Below are positions 60,939 through 64,000 of a stretch of DNA of 64,000 nt, in pieces. The DNA is from Octopus sinensis. Lineage: Eukaryota. The notes under the pieces were generated by a model. That model was not told where the DNA came from. It worked only from the letters and a program-made list of their open reading frames with translations, and searched no databases. Position 1 is the first letter of the stretch, and every line of letters starts with the position of its first letter. Where the stretch lies: assembly GCF_006345805.1 (NCBI RefSeq), contig NC_043011.1:25060464-25124463 (forward strand). The letters are read 5' to 3'. A program made the translations under genes and the position numbers.

Positions 60939-63900
60939 TTTAGCATTTTTTTTTAACTGATGTTTCTATTATTTTGGAAAATGTTGAACAAGCACAGGTG
61001 TGGCTGTGTGATAAGAAGCTTGCTTTCCAACCACATGGTTCCAGGTTCAGTCCCACTGCAGCTTTGCCTTGTGAGTGAATTTGGTAGATAGAAACTGAAA
61101 GAAGCCCATCATATATTTATATACACACACACACACACACACACATATATCTATGTGTTAGTGTCTATGTTTGTTCCCTGTCACTGCTTGACAAATGATG
61201 TTGGTGTGTTTACATCCTCATAACTTAGTGGTTCGGCAAAAGAGACTGATAGAATAAGTACCAGGCTTCTCAAAATAAGGGAAAATAAGTGCTGATGTCG
61301 ATTTATTTGACTAAAAATTCTTCAAGGTAGTGCCCCAGCATGGCCACAGTCTAATGACTAAAACAAGTAAAAGACAGAGCGGACATGGATCTACAAGAGA
61401 CACTAATGCCATTTCAGGTCTACAGCAGAATTTATCAACACCTCACATACTGTCTGCTACCTCAGTACCAGTTGCTTCTCAAGGTATACTACCCTTCATG
61501 ATACTGTTAAATGTGGTTTGGCAGCACCTGGTATTCTATTTCAAAACATATCATTATCATCATCCTTTAACATCTGTTTTCTATACTGACATGGGCCTAG
61601 TGGTTTGACAGCTGGCAAGCCAGAGGGTTGCACCAGGCTCCAGTTGCCTGTTTTGGCATGGTTTCTATGGATGGATTCCCTTCCTAACATCAACCATTTT
61701 ACAAGAGTGTAGTGGGTACGTTTTACAAAGTTTTTTTCTCCATGTATTCTCAAAAGCACCACCCATTTAGTCAAGGGGATTTCTGCCATTTTGTCTTTGC
61801 AGTGGCGGGTAGTCTTCTTTTTTAGAAATTACTTGTAATTACTAGGGGTATCCAACTGCAGAAAGCATGCCAAAACTGACATAGGAATTTGATGCAGTCC
61901 TACTGCTCATCAGATCTTGTCAGACCATCCAATCCATGCCAGCATGGAAAACGGACTTTTAATGATGTGTTTGTGTCTTTCCATCTGTCTTGACATTGTT
62001 TACAAGCTTGACATGTAAAATAATGTCACTAGTTTTTGCAGTTTTATTGTTTATATTTGTTGCTAATGCATGTCAGGCTGCTGGGACGTTCATCATGCAA
62101 AAGATGAGGGAAATAAGCACTTTAATTGGAAACAAAGTTGGCAGCAGGAAAGGGATGAAACCTAAGGAGACAACCTCAACATTTTGTCCAGAAAAGATAG
62201 AAGAATGTAATGAAATTATAAAATGTTTTAATTTCATAAAAATATAGGCTAGAACAGGGAACTGCAAAAGTTTTTTAAGGCTGTTCAAGTAGAATACAAT
62301 TTATTGTACCATTGTGAAATTTACTTGTTATGGTGCCTCTATGAGCTGAAAAATGAAGTGATGTTAAAAGATTTTCTTGTAATGGAATCAGAGGACCAAG
62401 AATGTTTATGTGATTGGCATTTTTGTTCAATATCACTGACCAAATAAATTATCAAAGTCTGAAATTATAAAGGTTGAATTAGTTCCTTACCTCCCTCTTT
62501 TACTGCAACGTTTTAACATTCCATGCCAGGAATCTCTGTTCCCTATTAGCTTTCTGAATTTGGCCTTCAATTTTATGTTGTGTGTCACCAGAGTCATTGG
62601 GTGGCCTTTGTCCTGTATTAGGGTGTTGAAGCCTCCAAATTATAACACCTGATATGGTTTGTTGGTCAGCATAATAAAAGCGGCCAGCAAAACCCTTTCC
62701 TGCATTACCAACAAAGCAGAGGCAGATCGAATATGTCCTTTAACTCTTTAGCATTTAAACCAGTCTTATCAGGCCCAAATATTATACCTGTTTTATATTC
62801 AAACTGGCCTGATCTGGTCTCTCACATTTACCCTACAATATTATTCTAAAAATAAACACATTATTGAAGCTTCAAAGCTACAAGATGATGCATGACTAAT
62901 TCAAAAGGATGTGAATAAATAAACTTTACACTTGACAAAGTAATCTGAATGCTAAAGGATATTAATCTCTTCTTTTGTCTTGTGCTCAGCAATAAGATGT
63001 TTTGAGCCCTTATGAAAAGCTTAGTGTCTATATCAACAAGGGGATCTTGAAGCTCCTTTATACACCAGGTTTAAGCTCCATAGTGAAGAATACTCTCAGC
63101 AACCTCCCAGACTAGCCTTTGTTGACTCCGAAATACCCGACTGCCAAATGTTAAGTGTATCACAAGCATTCCAAGCTTGTCTTTCTTACAGACAGCAAAA
63201 CAGATTCCAAAATGTCACTGACTTGAGTTGCATGCCATCACTGAAACAAATTGGTTGGTGGCTTTCATCCTCATTCATAGTTATGCACACAGTTTTTTTC
63301 TTTACACTGAGAAGCAAGGCCTAAGCAGATAGCATTTTCAAGGAATGTTAGCAAGTCTTGCACATTGATCAGTTGATTAGCTGTGAGGGTAAGAACATTA
63401 GCACAGTCCAATGTCAGACAAGTACATGAAGACTTCCTAACACAATAGTAAAAAAAGGTATATTTTCCAACCTTTGGGCCTCTCATTACTTGGTATACGG
63501 TCACTATGTTCAATACTCCTCCCTCAGTTGTGTCCGCACTGCTGCTGCTGGTGCCACATGAAAAGCACCCAGTACACTCTGTAAAATGGTTGGCATTAGG
63601 AAGGTCATCCAGTTATAGAAATCATGCCAAAGTAAACATTGGGGTTTGATATAGTCCTCTGGTTTGTAAGGTTCTGTCAAACTATCCAACTTATACCAGC
63701 ATAGAAAACAGACTATGATGACAGCAATTGCAAAATCTAAAAAGTTATGAGCTTGAATTAAGAAACAGGTGAAACTCCTGATTCTTTGTAACTGAAATTT
63801 ACAAATGAATAATACTTTAACATTCAATTTTAATAGCTGTGGGTATTAAAAAATACCCACATTTGCAGTATCACTCATTGAAAATTGCACCAGATGTTTT

Positions 63901-64000
63901 ACCAATATTACCTAAGTGAACAGTTTTCCTCAAAATTAAATTCAGACAAAATTTATGGATAATCTTGCAACCAAACAATGAATTTCATCAACAGTTCCGT

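Noticed and set aside
62990-63510. Non-repetitive-looking stretch with 80-105 aa ORFs after MED8
   Set aside because: No recognisable protein motif or convincing splice sites; possibly a very old LINE remnant.

Overview
AT-rich eukaryotic genomic DNA, most likely from an octopus (inferred from the recognisable SINE/RTE repeat families and microsatellite load; not verified). It holds two spliced genes arranged head-to-head. On the minus strand are the first 15 coding exons (about 667 codons) of SZT2, the KICSTOR scaffold, running off the left edge of the window. On the plus strand is a complete 7-exon MED8 (Mediator subunit 8, 247 aa, 32761-60671). Their start codons are only 249 bp apart and flank an ETS/GABP motif, the same divergent arrangement found in mammals. 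All exon phases were checked by hand and join in frame. The introns are filled with tRNA-derived SINEs, RTE LINE fragments (one family with a PHD-type finger inside the RT region), three decayed mariners, mariner- and piggyBac-type MITEs, a non-autonomous Helitron, foldback elements, minisatellites and a local duplication. The best leads are the conserved bidirectional pair, a candidate 54-nt in-frame cassette exon next to a degenerate BC-box in MED8, inverted RTE copies bracketing MED8 exons 3 and 4, and a pre-miRNA-sized intronic hairpin. No CRISPR array, rRNA or genuine tRNA was found, and most ORFs in the supplied track are repeat-derived noise.
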